Positions 1 to 10,339 of a stretch of 64,000 nucleotides of DNA are shown here, in pieces. The stretch is from positions 1 through 64,000 of the IMG/VR virus record IMGVR_UViG_3300049435_000050; one strand, written 5' to 3'. Numbering within the stretch: position 1 is the stretch's first letter; the number at the start of each line of letters is the position of its first letter. This DNA comes from a virus. The position numbers and the translations under genes were made by a program. Under the pieces are notes generated by a model that searched no databases, was not told where the DNA came from, and saw nothing but the letters and a program-made list of their open reading frames with translations.

Positions 1-1737
1 CTGAATAAATGTAGCAGTATCATTTGTACGTACCAAACTATAATATTTAGCCCAACTTGGCGGCAATGATGTTATAGTTATAGTATGTATCGGTTGCTGC
101 AGACCGATTATACTAACACCGTCAGCACCAAACTCAGTCTCAAATGGTGTCCTGATCAATAATGAATTAGAGGTATATACATCACTTGTAACTCCATCAT
201 CATCATAAAATATTATACCGTATTTACGTGACGCACCCTGTTTTATGGTGTTTATAGAAAGCCCGTTATCAAGTAATGTAGAATAGTTCACCGCAGTTAC
301 GCTTGTAGCGAATGTAATTGAGTTTTTACCTTCATGCGCCTCTATGATAAAATCCCAATTGGCATTGCCACCTGCTGCTGTTTCATTGCTTACTGTCCCT
401 GTCCCTACGGCATCAATGGTGCGTAGCCATTGTTTTATACGCGCAGCAATTGTACTCTCCGTATCGGCATTTGTAGCTGTATATGAGAAATTCTTACCAC
501 CGTTACCACCAAATGACTGTATATAAAATACGTTGCCTTTTTTTACATCGCTGCCAATAATAAAATGAGTCGTTGTAGTCCACCACGAATTAAATATACC
601 GCCATGTTCTGTATTTGAGATAAGTGTTGAGGTAAAAGTCGGCGAATTTAGTTGTGATACTGTGCCGGATGGGAGATAGAACGGTTTAAATGTACAAACA
701 ATGCCAGCATCAATATGAACTACTGGAAATCCTTCCTGAAAGTTAGAGTATGACATCGCCCTGTTAAGGAATGATTGGCACTTCGGGGTTTTAGGTAAAA
801 ATGAGTAAGGTCGCAATACTTTGCTTTGCTCTATAATTACCAGTGGCCCATCGTTGAAAAATGTGTAAACAAAAACTGAATAATCCGGTATCGCTAAATC
901 AGCTTTATTCAGTACGATCACGCTCGCCCAATCAGCGTCATTTATTTTAGCCAATATTTCTATCTTAGTCACATCCCTGCTACCTGTTTCCATGCTCCAC
1001 TCAATAGCATTGTTATTGAATGATACATCGCCTATACCTAAATAACTTTCATTAGGTGGTAATGGAACATCGCTATAAGGAGAACACTCCGACATTTCAT
1101 TGTCGAAGTAGTAGAAGCGATAACAAAACTTCATCTGTATCCCATACAGATAGTTCGAACTCTTGGTAAGGTCTGTTACAAATTTCCATGTAGGACTGTA
1201 TACCGGGGCTTGTTTATAGGCAGTGATAAAGTCCTCTGTAATGACCGTTCCATATCCTGTACCTGTCTTGTCTATACAGCGGTTGGTGTTCGTTTTACGG
1301 GCTTTGTTCAGACCACTATCACACCAATATAGTAAGTCATCCTGTATAACGTCGGCATGGTAAATAGGGAATTTCGGGTCGAACTTTAATATATCAACGT
1401 TATTGGTGTCCGTCAGGTTTAAAAGTACCTGTGTAATAGTGTTTGATTGTATATCGTAGAAATAGATTCCGTGATTTCCGTTTGAGTTGTAGTTAAAGAA
1501 AAATAACCTGCCACGTTCCTCGTTAGCTGCCCATCCGATACATTTATTAGTACCGTCAGGAAGAGTGTTAAGTACTTGTGTATTGCCGAGGATAGAAGTA
1601 GCCACACCACGCCTGCCTGACCCATATACGCGCATATTAACCATGCGCCTTACAGTGGTAGGTTTTAGGTACTGGTCGCTCGTATCAACATCTACTGCGT
1701 CAACAAAAGTATTGGTAGTTATTTTTTTTTCTCCCAT
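1..1737 (-). CDS. Tail stabilisation/nozzle (muzzle)-like virion protein, runs off the left edge
   Basis: Absent from the ORF track (edge-truncated). ATG at 1737, 3 nt after the previous stop, reads MGEKKITTNTFVDAVDVDTSDQYLKP...NTLPDGTNKCIGWAANEERGRLFFFNYNSNGNHGIY; beta-rich; follows three ring-protein-sized genes as in crAss-like tail modules. Confidence 0.7.
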   Translation of the reverse strand, partial: MGEKKITTNTFVDAVDVDTSDQYLKPTTVRRMVNMRVYGSGRRGVATSILGNTQVLNTLPDGTNKCIGWAANEERGRLFFFNYNSNGNHGIYFYDIQSNTITQVLLNLTDTNNVDILKFDPKFPIYHADVIQDDLLYWCDSGLNKARKTNTNRCIDKTGTGYGTVITEDFITAYKQAPVYSPTWKFVTDLTKSSNYLYGIQMKFCYRFYYFDNEMSECSPYSDVPLPPNESYLGIGDVSFNNNAIEWSMETGSRDVTKIEILAKINDADWASVIVLNKADLAIPDYSVFVYTFFNDGPLVIIEQSKVLRPYSFLPKTPKCQSFLNRAMSYSNFQEGFPVVHIDAGIVCTFKPFYLPSGTVSQLNSPTFTSTLISNTEHGGIFNSWWTTTTHFIIGSDVKKGNVFYIQSFGGNGGKNFSYTATNADTESTIAARIKQWLRTIDAVGTGTVSNETAAGGNANWDFIIEAHEGKNSITFATSVTAVNYSTLLDNGLSINTIKQGASRKYGIIFYDDDGVTSDVYTSNSLLIRTPFETEFGADGVSIIGLQQPIHTITITSLPPSWAKYYSLVRTNDTATFIQ

Positions 1738-1740
1738 AAC

Positions 1741-2520
1741 TTACATTTTAGGAGCAGAAATATTATTAGAATTGAAGGCATCCAACCAAGCAGTAATACC
1801 CTCATCACTTTCAAAAGACGATAATCTATGAAATTCCTCTTTGTAGTTTTTACGGTTAAGTTCGCCCAATTGTGGGTTACGTGTACGGTAGTATTTAGCC
1901 AACGCAAAAAACTCTATAGCCTCTTTACATTGAGATGGAACGTACTCTGGACATTCTGACAAGCCATCGCTTGAATAAAAACAGCCGAAAGTGTCTGTAG
2001 ACTGTATCGTACAGCCGTTAATAAAACTTTGTCTGCGTGGTGGGTCATAAGTAACTACGCCTGTTTTCCAATATCCACTTGGCATTCCGTACACCTCACC
2101 CAAACCGAAATTCCATGATGTATAAGGTGATACTGCATAAAACAAGTCAGTCCTGAAAAACTCCCAAATGTCATTATCGGCATTACTATTGGAAGTTGGA
2201 GTTGTTTTATTGATCGTGCCCAACAAGCTGTCATCAACAGCCAAAGCAAATGACCGTTTATGTAATGTTCCGTCCTGTGCTGTATGGGTGCGCGTTAGAA
2301 ATGTCATTAAGGGCTTAACGCATGAAGAAGGCCAGCAAATAGCATTGCGAGAGTCTGTGGTCAATCCCTCTGTTACTCCCCAACAAGGCATAGCGTGAAG
2401 CGATAAATCACGGATTGCGTCAAATATGCAGCCCCACACGGTTTGCTGATTTTGGAAGCCAGGTTCGCCAGTTTCCTTGCAAAGCTCAAGCATTATTTGT
2501 TCTGTCGCAACCACACTCAT
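1741..2520 (-). CDS. Putative tail ring/adaptor protein
   Basis: 259 aa; tightly packed between the capsid module and the nozzle gene; helix-beta-helix layout; function by synteny. Confidence 0.55.
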   Translation of the reverse strand: MSVVATEQIMLELCKETGEPGFQNQQTVWGCIFDAIRDLSLHAMPCWGVTEGLTTDSRNAICWPSSCVKPLMTFLTRTHTAQDGTLHKRSFALAVDDSLLGTINKTTPTSNSNADNDIWEFFRTDLFYAVSPYTSWNFGLGEVYGMPSGYWKTGVVTYDPPRRQSFINGCTIQSTDTFGCFYSSDGLSECPEYVPSQCKEAIEFFALAKYYRTRNPQLGELNRKNYKEEFHRLSSFESDEGITAWLDAFNSNNISAPKM

Positions 2521-2523
2521 TTT

Positions 2524-3135
2524 TTAATTATCTTTAGTGTCTTGTGTATAATCTTGTGGTAACTGCCTTTCCCCTAAAAGGAAGCTGACCATCATATCTA
2601 CTACCTTAGTATCTCCGTCAGATGGCAATATTACCTCGTCAGTGTCATTTAAATCACCTACATGAACCCATTGCTTGGTTCTGATAGCGTTTACCAAAGC
2701 AGGCTTGTTATACAGCCATACCCGTGTTTGTCCTTCTGGATAGTAACTTATAGCAGTCTTTAGCTTGCCATAATATTGCTCCAATGCATCATCGCCCTGT
2801 GTAAGTGGGAAACATTTCTTACCGCACATCGTATTTACCTCTAAGGCGCGTGCTTTTGGAAGTGTGATCAGTTTCTTTGGCAGGATGAAGTAGTATCTCC
2901 CTGTTGCGCTGTCTTTTTGTATAGCTATATTTTCAAAAACAGTGTATAGCAAAGGGTTTACATTATGACCACCCTCACTTCTGTTTTCAGCCCAATACTG
3001 GCCTACCATGACGTAGTTTACAGCATAAGCCAAATACGTTTCACACTCCACCCATCTTACGGCGTCATCTGTCGTGGGGTGCCCCCCTGAAATCTTAACG
3101 AGAGCCTGACCTATGAGTTCACTTTTAGTTGCCAT
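2524..3135 (-). CDS. Putative tail ring/adaptor protein
   Basis: 203 aa; same operon; N-terminal helices, beta core, C-terminal 'DEVILPSD..KVVDM' helix; synteny. Confidence 0.55.
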   Translation of the reverse strand: MATKSELIGQALVKISGGHPTTDDAVRWVECETYLAYAVNYVMVGQYWAENRSEGGHNVNPLLYTVFENIAIQKDSATGRYYFILPKKLITLPKARALEVNTMCGKKCFPLTQGDDALEQYYGKLKTAISYYPEGQTRVWLYNKPALVNAIRTKQWVHVGDLNDTDEVILPSDGDTKVVDMMVSFLLGERQLPQDYTQDTKDN

Positions 3136-3823
3136 GTTTGCCTTCCCCGGCTTGTGCCGATTGAATAATACCGTACTTAGCGTATTCCTGAAGTAATTGC
3201 TCCCTGATATTCACGCCTATTTTTTCTAACAACTTATATAGAATTAAGTTGGTTGCTGCGGCAGGCCATGCCAAATCCACGCTGTTTGTAGGATCATAAG
3301 TCATTATATCTTCGTCATCTGTGCTGCTGAATGTAAAGGCTATGTATGCAGGTGATGGATATATCAGGTAAAACAGCGAGTATGGGATTGATGTAGCAGG
3401 ATAAAAGTTTGCTGTAGAGGGCGAGTTGAACCGGTAGTACACGTTCTTCTTGGCTACATTTGGCGCACGTTGTGGTATCCTTGCTATTGCCATTAGCTCA
3501 TTCTCTGCTACAGAGGGTATGCCGAACTCTATAAGGCTTGGGCTGGTTGCATATCCTACACCTAATGGCCTTGCTACTACTTCCGGTGCTGTGCCTATAC
3601 CTACTGTTCCGTCAGCGTTAGAAGTGCCTGTCTGTGGGCGTACCCAAAAGTCAAGTAATGATTTTACTTTTTCGCTCTCGTCGTATATCGGTGAAAAGTC
3701 GTTGAAAATCTCAGATTGTACTTCGGCTAAAGCTGAATTGAAATAGGCTACAATATCAGTGCCGCTTTGATATTTGGCAATGTAAGCTGAAGTCCTGTCC
3801 CAAAGAAATTTTACTCCTATCAT
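3125..3823 (-). CDS. Putative tail ring/head-tail adaptor protein
   Basis: 232 aa; C-terminal 'NSVDLAWP...LILYKLLEKIGVNIRE' resembles Bacteroidetes phage ring proteins; synteny. Confidence 0.6.
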   Translation of the reverse strand: MIGVKFLWDRTSAYIAKYQSGTDIVAYFNSALAEVQSEIFNDFSPIYDESEKVKSLLDFWVRPQTGTSNADGTVGIGTAPEVVARPLGVGYATSPSLIEFGIPSVAENELMAIARIPQRAPNVAKKNVYYRFNSPSTANFYPATSIPYSLFYLIYPSPAYIAFTFSSTDDEDIMTYDPTNSVDLAWPAAATNLILYKLLEKIGVNIREQLLQEYAKYGIIQSAQAGEGKHGN

Positions 3824-3831
3824 ACTGTTAC

Positions 3832-3839
3832 CAAATATA
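3832..3839 (-). promoter_or_regulatory. Bacteroidetes -7 promoter element (TATATTTG)
   Basis: Matches TAnnTTTG, 8 nt upstream of the ATG at 3823. Confidence 0.6.
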
Positions 3840-3922
3840 AATAAAATTAATAAACTTGTGAGTAATAGTAAATTTAATACATAAGTACGGCTTCCCGTAA
3901 ATAAATCTCAAAATGATTTTTA

Positions 3923-3954
3923 TATATTTGTCTTAGCCGTTCGAGCAATGTAGC
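3923..3954 (+). promoter_or_regulatory. -7 promoter element TATATTTG followed by AGCAATGTAGC motif
   Basis: TAnnTTTG at 3923-3930; 11-mer at 3944-3954 recurs exactly at 30127-30137 behind another TATATTTG. Confidence 0.6.
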
Positions 3955-3976
3955 CAGCGGACTAAAACAAAAAATT

Positions 3977-4648
3977 ATGAAAAGTACTATCAAAATTGAC
4001 ACGGAACAAGGTCAACCAATCCTAAAAATTGTTCAGCCCATCGAATGTGTTAACTTTACACTTCAAAATGATGACTATGATGTAAGGGATAAACTATTAT
4101 CTGAGTTTATTCAAAAGCCATCAATGACAGACTGGAATGGCTGGTTCAGAGTTAACACGCATTTTACACACCCGTTTGAAAACCCAACACATCAGATAAC
4201 TACAATTGCTCCGGTTGAAGTTAGCGAACTGTTTACCCTGTTTAAACACAATATATTAAACAGGTTAGTTCCTTACAATACTATCTGTGCCATAAACGAG
4301 GGGAAGGAAAAATCACAAGGTAAGCACGATAAGATAATAGAGTTTTTTAATTGGCTGAATGAGCAGGAGTGGGCTACATGGGAGGAACAACATCCATATC
4401 TTGAGCAATTACCTAAAAAAACAGAAATAAATTTGTCATCATTACCTAAGCGAATGACAATAAGAGGCGTGTTTGAAACACGCCTTTCTGATGAGGAAAG
4501 GTTTGCAGCATTCAATAATACACCTAAATATAAATGGGACGCTGATGTGGAAAGCGATCATCAAGCGTTAGATGTGGCATTTGATTTTGAAACTTCGCCG
4601 GAGGGATCGGATTATTGGAATAAAGTGTTAGAAAGGATAAAATTATGA
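3977..4648 (+). CDS. Hypothetical protein (moron-like, opposite strand, own promoter)
   Basis: 223 aa ORF with A-rich start; C-terminal 'AFDFETSPEGSDYWNKV' motif. Confidence 0.75.
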   Translation: MKSTIKIDTEQGQPILKIVQPIECVNFTLQNDDYDVRDKLLSEFIQKPSMTDWNGWFRVNTHFTHPFENPTHQITTIAPVEVSELFTLFKHNILNRLVPYNTICAINEGKEKSQGKHDKIIEFFNWLNEQEWATWEEQHPYLEQLPKKTEINLSSLPKRMTIRGVFETRLSDEERFAAFNNTPKYKWDADVESDHQALDVAFDFETSPEGSDYWNKVLERIKL

Positions 4649-4770
4649 AAAAACAATCCTTTTCTGAGTTCTTGCACAATGTAATAGGTCATCCGTTATT
4701 AGCCATTTGTAATGCATGTCACCTTTACAGATTAGGAACATGGATACATGATGACTTATTTAAATTCTAA
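4645..4770 (+). CDS. Small hypothetical protein (41 aa)
   Basis: ATGA overlap with upstream stop; MKKQSFSEFLHNVIGHPLLAICNACHLYRLGTWIHDDLFKF. Confidence 0.55.
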   Translation: MKKQSFSEFLHNVIGHPLLAICNACHLYRLGTWIHDDLFKF

Positions 4771-4800
4771 ATTCTAACTTATCAATAATTTAAAAGGTGA

Positions 4801-4834
4801 AAGCGATACAGTTGTGAAATTGAATCGCTTTTTT
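4801..4834 (+). terminator. Intrinsic terminator of the plus-strand moron
   Basis: AAGCGAT...ATCGCTT stem followed by T run. Confidence 0.5.
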
Positions 4835-4907
4835 GTAACTTTATTTAATTATGCTAGATGTATTTAATGCCGCTTCTGTATTTTCTGATCCAGATTCTAA
4901 GGAAGTC

Positions 4908-4933
4908 AAAAAAAAGCGGGAACCACCCCGCTT
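4908..4933 (-). terminator. Intrinsic terminator after 4974..6080
   Basis: AAGCGGG/CCCGCTT stem with A8 on plus strand (U tail on minus). Confidence 0.7.
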
Positions 4934-4973
4934 CAATCCACAAATTAAACCATGAAAACAATTAATCAGAGAA

Positions 4974-6080
4974 CTATATTTTAATGTTGTTTACTTGTCT
5001 GTACAGTGCTATCTCGTCCTTAAGACCTTCAGCAGCTTTCTTAGCGTTAGGATGCAGGTTCGGTGAGTTTAAATCCTGTTCTGCATATTTTTTGATCTTC
5101 TCGAACTTGTATTCGTTTTCCTGTAGCTTCTTGTACTCATTCCATACTTCGCCTGTCACTTCTGACATCGTTTCAACAATTGGCGGGGTTTCAAATGACT
5201 CATCATTTTCTGCATTCGCCAAGTTTGTAGCTATGCTTGTGCCTTCCAACGACTGTCCTATCTCGTCAGAGTACATATACCATTTGGCTGACAGGTGATC
5301 GTCAAGCACCTTACGGGCGTCTATGCCGTACTGTACCGGGATTATTTCCTTGTTGTTAAGATACCAACGCTGCATACCGTTCACGGTCTTTAGCTGAATG
5401 ATAAAGCGGTCTATCGCTTCCTGTATCTTACCTGCAAAGGCTACTTCCCTGCTTTCTGCCTGATTGATGAAGTTTACAGGGTCTTTAAATGCCAGTTCTT
5501 TCAATGTGTTCTTTATCACCGCGTCGGTCATATCGTTAACACCGCCTATACCCATACCTTTTGCAAGGGTTTTAAGGCGTTCCATAGGCCATGCATTACC
5601 GCCAAGAACAATAGACATAGCTGTGATGCGTGTTTCGTCCTTGTCGTTAGATACTTTAGCCAAATGGTCATTATCAAGGAACTCATAGAATACTGGTGCC
5701 TGTGGCTTTCTGAAAGGGCTTTGTCGGTTCATCGGGTTGAGATACCAAAACAGGTATACCATCTCGTCATTAACCACTACCTCGCCACCTTCGCCTGCAA
5801 GCATCTCATTGTCGGTAGGAAAGTACTCGAAGTTACCGTCCTTATCTTTCTTTTGTGAGTTTGCCCATCTTACACGTACTTCCCTATTTAATGAAGGTAC
5901 ATATATAGCGTACTCATTGCACAAAAGGCGACCTAAATGTCTTTTGTTGCCGTCCTGGTCAGTCCTTGAAGGAAACTGAAAACGCTTTTCCCGTGGTGAC
6001 GGGATTTGATTTTTTGGTACATTAAGGAGGTCGAACAACTTTGATTTGTTTACTACCTCGTGATCCACGTAAATGCTCAT
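4974..6080 (-). CDS. Head-module protein downstream of major capsid gene
   Basis: 368 aa; position matches the conserved gene following MCP in crAss-like phages. Confidence 0.6.
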   Translation of the reverse strand: MSIYVDHEVVNKSKLFDLLNVPKNQIPSPREKRFQFPSRTDQDGNKRHLGRLLCNEYAIYVPSLNREVRVRWANSQKKDKDGNFEYFPTDNEMLAGEGGEVVVNDEMVYLFWYLNPMNRQSPFRKPQAPVFYEFLDNDHLAKVSNDKDETRITAMSIVLGGNAWPMERLKTLAKGMGIGGVNDMTDAVIKNTLKELAFKDPVNFINQAESREVAFAGKIQEAIDRFIIQLKTVNGMQRWYLNNKEIIPVQYGIDARKVLDDHLSAKWYMYSDEIGQSLEGTSIATNLANAENDESFETPPIVETMSEVTGEVWNEYKKLQENEYKFEKIKKYAEQDLNSPNLHPNAKKAAEGLKDEIALYRQVNNIKI

Positions 6081-6129
6081 GCTATTGGTTTAAATGTGTA
6101 AAAAAGGGAGCTTTTACACCCCCTGTGTT

Positions 6130-7593
6130 TTAAATTCCTATTAATTTAATCATCAGGTTAGCCAATGCCATTTCAGCACCAACTTCTGAACGGATGTCCA
6201 GGAACTTAGCATCTATAGAAGATGTAGCCGGATCAAGTCCCGCACCACCTGTATAGTGTTGTTCCATTTCACGGTTGTACCCGCCTAATGATTTGTAACG
6301 GTAGCCTACCGATGCGGTAGCGTCCTTGTCGAACTTGCTCTGTACAAAATCAATCGGCAATACATAACCTACACCTGCCCAATTGTAACCTTCTGTTCCT
6401 GCGCCCATCTGCTCGTTCAGTTCTTCCTGAGTGCGTAACAGGTAGTTGTATCCACCTTTATGCACACCGTCGAATGACAGCCATAAGAAGAAGTCCTGCG
6501 GGTCAGAGAATGAACTGAACATATCCGACTTAATCTTGCCGCTTTGTGCAGCATATTGGAAGCAGGTATTGTTCATGTACGTTTTAAGCGTATTATCAAT
6601 CTGAGTACGCAGACCGTAGGCGGTTGGCACAAGGAATGTTTTAGTCCCTGCACGTTCGCGCTGAAGGATAGTACCGATGTTGTCAAAATCACCCATGGAT
6701 AAGTTACCAAAAGGGTATGACAGCAAGTTACCGCCTGAGTTAGTGATATAGTCATCCAAGCCCTGAGTGGTACGAACAGGCGCTACACGGTTTTGTGCGG
6801 CTGCCATGTTCTGAGTAACATTGTTGTCACCCTGTACTGAGAACCACAGTGCTTTTGAGATTTTATCCATCTGTTGCTTTTCGGTATCTTCTGACCCTAC
6901 AATCATCATGTAGTTACCTTCCTGACCACCGATAGCTTTTACTGGCATACGGTCGGTCATTGCTGAGCCGGTGATACCGTAAGCAGATTTTATGATCTGC
7001 GTGTTGTTCTGTTGACGGTACAGACGCGGTTCTTTCGGATCAGCGCCTAACGTACCTTCGGCAAATGCGTTGGAAGTGATCCAATAGCGGTTGCCTGCGG
7101 TCAGTTTAGTGGCGATGTCGTTTGTTGACAGACGCGGTTTTACGGTTAACCTGTGAGGGGTAACGGTTTCGTCTTTAAGGATGATCTGTGCCTCGCTGTT
7201 GTCCACTAACTTGATAATATCCCACTGTGCAGGGTAAGAGAACGACTGAGTGCCGTAACCTGTAACCGTAGTGGTATACATCGAAGCGGTGTCAAGGGCG
7301 ATTACAACTGCTGTACCTGGCCCTGTTGACGGGGTGATTACTGTTCCGGCCAAGAAGTTGTTGATTATCCAATCCTTTTCCCAGTGTGCGTACACAGGGC
7401 CTTCAAGTGGCATACCTAAGCCCATTTCTTTGAGCATGGTGTACCAATTCTTGTCCATCCCGTGGCGGGAAAGGAGGTCTTTTCGTACTTGCGGAATATC
7501 GGCAAGTAAACCAAGTCCGGTTACAAAACCTTCCGAGGTTGTGCCCATCACTGAGGATGGTTGATTTGAGTAATTATAAGGTGCTACTGGCAT
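6130..7593 (-). CDS. Major capsid protein
   Basis: 487 aa; 'YAHWEKD', 'SNAFAEGT', 'NNTQIIKSAYGITGSAMT', 'RTTQGLDDYI' are HK97-fold capsid-like motifs; biased codon usage; downstream of scaffold-like gene. Confidence 0.85.
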   Translation of the reverse strand: MPVAPYNYSNQPSSVMGTTSEGFVTGLGLLADIPQVRKDLLSRHGMDKNWYTMLKEMGLGMPLEGPVYAHWEKDWIINNFLAGTVITPSTGPGTAVVIALDTASMYTTTVTGYGTQSFSYPAQWDIIKLVDNSEAQIILKDETVTPHRLTVKPRLSTNDIATKLTAGNRYWITSNAFAEGTLGADPKEPRLYRQQNNTQIIKSAYGITGSAMTDRMPVKAIGGQEGNYMMIVGSEDTEKQQMDKISKALWFSVQGDNNVTQNMAAAQNRVAPVRTTQGLDDYITNSGGNLLSYPFGNLSMGDFDNIGTILQRERAGTKTFLVPTAYGLRTQIDNTLKTYMNNTCFQYAAQSGKIKSDMFSSFSDPQDFFLWLSFDGVHKGGYNYLLRTQEELNEQMGAGTEGYNWAGVGYVLPIDFVQSKFDKDATASVGYRYKSLGGYNREMEQHYTGGAGLDPATSSIDAKFLDIRSEVGAEMALANLMIKLIGI

Positions 7594-7606
7594 TTTGTTT
7601 TAAGTG

Positions 7607-8728
7607 TTAAAGTCCGTAATAATCTTTAACAGCTTTAGCCCTATTATCCCTGTCTGAGTTACCTGCATTGGCGGTATTGTCCTGTCCTCTTTGTATTGCC
7701 GAAGGGTTGTGATATTCCTCTCTGATCTTCTTTTCAGCCACGTTTACAGCGTGCTGCTGCCATGCCTGATGATTTTCGAGTATCAGTATACTTTTAGCAA
7801 AGTCCGATATGCGCTTGGCGCCATCTTCGTTTGCTGGTATGTTTGCCCATTCTGACTTGATGAACTGTGCAACTTTATCAGGCAGTGCAGCCATGCTCTC
7901 TGTAGATGGCGTGAAGTCGGCGGTTATCGCTTTGTCATCTGCCTTTCCGTTGATGTTTATCCCGGCAAAAGAGATGGATTGTAAAGCGTTTTTTGCCAAC
8001 GGTGCCAGCTTGTCGATGTGTTGTGACTGCTTTTGCTGCTGTATCTGTTGCTGTTGTTCGTATTCCGATGCCGGGGCTTGCGATACCTGTGCTTTATGGG
8101 CTGTCAGGAACTCACGGTCGCCACGTGCATCTACTTTTAGACGGATTTGCTCTCTTGCAATAGTTTCTTCGTCATGCTCGTCGGGGTTGAGTTTATAGGA
8201 GGACTCAAGGTATACTTTAGCCTCTTTCTCTGTCAAACCCTCTTTTACCTGTAGTGCGAGTAACTTGGCATCATAAGCTGACATACTTTCAAAGTTGTCG
8301 TGCTTGTTAAGCTTTAGAAATGCGTCTACCTGTTCGGGTTTTGCTCCGCCTTTGAGCAGGTCGTTGAACTTTTTTGATAAGTCATTTGCGAACGGGTCGG
8401 TTGCTACTTTGGCTTTTAGTTCAGTATTCTCGCTGTCGAGCGCCTGCAGACGGCTTTCAAAGTCGTCAAACTGGCTATACTTGTCTAAAACTCCCGCAAG
8501 TTCCTCTTTGGTCTTAACGCGTCCGTCGGTAATCTTTACCAACTCTCCGTCGAAGTCAAATTGTGGCACTTGCGCCTGTTCTACTGGTTTGGCAGGTTCA
8601 GCAATCGCTGCTTCTGCTGCCGGGGGTATTGGGGTATTAACTGTTTCTGTTGTTGTGATCGGTGCTTCTGGTTGTTTTTGAATTACGCCAGCTTGCTCTA
8701 ATAAATCCAATGTACTATTATCGGGCAT
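7607..8728 (-). CDS. Putative scaffolding protein
   Basis: Probable start MPDNS at 8728; Pro/Glu-rich N-terminus, coiled-coil, Q-rich; directly upstream of MCP. Confidence 0.7.
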   Translation of the reverse strand: MPDNSTLDLLEQAGVIQKQPEAPITTTETVNTPIPPAAEAAIAEPAKPVEQAQVPQFDFDGELVKITDGRVKTKEELAGVLDKYSQFDDFESRLQALDSENTELKAKVATDPFANDLSKKFNDLLKGGAKPEQVDAFLKLNKHDNFESMSAYDAKLLALQVKEGLTEKEAKVYLESSYKLNPDEHDEETIAREQIRLKVDARGDREFLTAHKAQVSQAPASEYEQQQQIQQQKQSQHIDKLAPLAKNALQSISFAGININGKADDKAITADFTPSTESMAALPDKVAQFIKSEWANIPANEDGAKRISDFAKSILILENHQAWQQHAVNVAEKKIREEYHNPSAIQRGQDNTANAGNSDRDNRAKAVKDYYGL

Positions 8729-8825
8729 TGTTTGATTATTTGATTTAGGTAAAGATAATGAGTGCGTATATAACATTTCACATGAACTATTGCATATGCG
8801 ATATATTATATGTAGTATTGCATAC

Positions 8826-9011
8826 ATGACATTAGGAGAACAAATAAAAGCAGAACGGGATAAGCAAAATCTAACTCAGGTTAGATTAGCCTCTAATTCC
8901 GGAATATCATTTGATACTATTCGCAGAATAGAGCAAAACAGGAGTAAAAATCCATCTCACTTCGTTGTTACATCTTTAGAAAAAGCATTAGGAATAAAAT
9001 TTGATATTTAA
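8826..9011 (+). CDS. XRE-family HTH regulator
   Basis: MTLGEQIKAERDKQNLTQVRLASNSGISFDTIRRIEQNRSKNPS is a canonical XRE HTH. Confidence 0.85.
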   Translation: MTLGEQIKAERDKQNLTQVRLASNSGISFDTIRRIEQNRSKNPSHFVVTSLEKALGIKFDI

Positions 9012-9275
9012 TTATGGAAATAATAATTGATACTTGGGCTATTATTGGATTAGGTATTGGAGCAATAATTGGAATGTTGCTTTACCAACTTTGGTTTAAT
9101 AGAATGCATAAAAGGCGTATGAAAAAGTTAAACGATATAATGAACGGTAAATTATGAGAAGTCTATTCTGCTTTCTGCTCACCCATACATGGGTACAAAC
9201 ATCCTACAGGACACGTAAATGTGCCCACTGTGATAAATTACAACGCTTAGTCAGTGGAGAATGGGAGAGTATTAA

Positions 9276-9518
9276 ATGAAGATACTTGGCAACAGAATAC
9301 TCATTCAACCTACTGAACCAATAGATAAGCTTGAATCAGGTTTATTTCTCCCACAATCAGCCGTCCAAAAACCAAACACCGGCACAGTCATTGTAGTAGG
9401 TACACAAGCAGATGCATTATTAGAAGGTAAGACGGTTTTATACAATCCTGTTATAGCAATAGCTATAATTGATGGAAATCATTTAATTCATCCAACTGAT
9501 ATTAAATTTATTTTATGA
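9276..9518 (+). CDS. groES: Co-chaperonin GroES homolog
   Basis: MKILGNRILIQP..ESGLFLP.SA..KPNTGTVIVVG..DIKFIL matches the Cpn10 pattern. Confidence 0.85.
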   Translation: MKILGNRILIQPTEPIDKLESGLFLPQSAVQKPNTGTVIVVGTQADALLEGKTVLYNPVIAIAIIDGNHLIHPTDIKFIL

Positions 9519-10057
9519 AACCCGAATTATCACAGAAATTAATACACGAATTCTTTGATTATAATAATGGATACTTATATTGGAAAAAACCAGTTTCAAA
9601 ATGTAGCCGCATAAAAATTGGTTCTAAAGCAGGGTCAGTAGCTATTGATAGAAGACGCGTCATACGATTTAATAATTGCTTATACCTATCATCCAGATTA
9701 ATATTTTTATGGCATCATGGTTTTATGCCAGAATTCGTTGACCATATTGATAGAAATGGGGTAAATGATAAAATAGAAAATCTTAGAGCTGCTACTCGTT
9801 TACAAAATAATCAAAATTCTACATCGAGAAAATATTCAACTTCAAAATATTTAGGAGTGCATATTTATATAGATAAGCGTCAAAGAAAAAATGGGGTAAA
9901 TAATGCTAAAACTAGATGCATTGCTTCTATTGGAATAAATTGCATAAAAACATACATTGGCATGTTTAAAACAGAGGTAGAAGCGGCGCTTGCATACAAT
10001 AGTGAGGCTGTTAAAAATCACAAAGAATTTGCAAATTTGAACATTATAAAGGTTTAA
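9515..10057 (+). CDS. HNH homing endonuclease with AP2 domain
   Basis: VDHIDRNGVNDKIENLR; TSKYLGV...EAALAYN. Confidence 0.9.
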   Translation: MKPELSQKLIHEFFDYNNGYLYWKKPVSKCSRIKIGSKAGSVAIDRRRVIRFNNCLYLSSRLIFLWHHGFMPEFVDHIDRNGVNDKIENLRAATRLQNNQNSTSRKYSTSKYLGVHIYIDKRQRKNGVNNAKTRCIASIGINCIKTYIGMFKTEVEAALAYNSEAVKNHKEFANLNIIKV

Positions 10058-10084
10058 TTGTTATCTTAGCTTAAAAAAAAAATC

Positions 10085-10291
10085 ATGGCAAGTAATATTA
10101 ATGTATCGTATCCACCAGCAGTGGGTGCGGCAACCCCACCAACCGAACTAAAGTATTTTGGCAATGAATCAGCATCCACTAAGGATAGCCTGATTAACTA
10201 CGTAACAACGGCATTGCCAACAACCCCTGTAACGTGCTATCCGCATAACCGGGATTTACCTTTTAAGGGAATATCTGAATATCCTAGGTAG
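10085..10291 (+). CDS. Hypothetical protein
   Basis: 68 aa; A-rich start context. Confidence 0.6.
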   Translation: MASNINVSYPPAVGAATPPTELKYFGNESASTKDSLINYVTTALPTTPVTCYPHNRDLPFKGISEYPR

Positions 10292-10339
10292 CTAAAAACA
10301 AATTACATAAATCTAACATTAGATAGTTAGATTTGTATC

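Noticed and set aside
1722-1730. Frameshift at the T9 homopolymer
   Set aside because: The ATG at 1737 is in frame through the run
7607-8827. Extended N-termini in the ORF track (also 25056..25622 and 52228..52644)
   Set aside because: Extensions overlap promoters or neighbouring genes; downstream ATGs with better context were used
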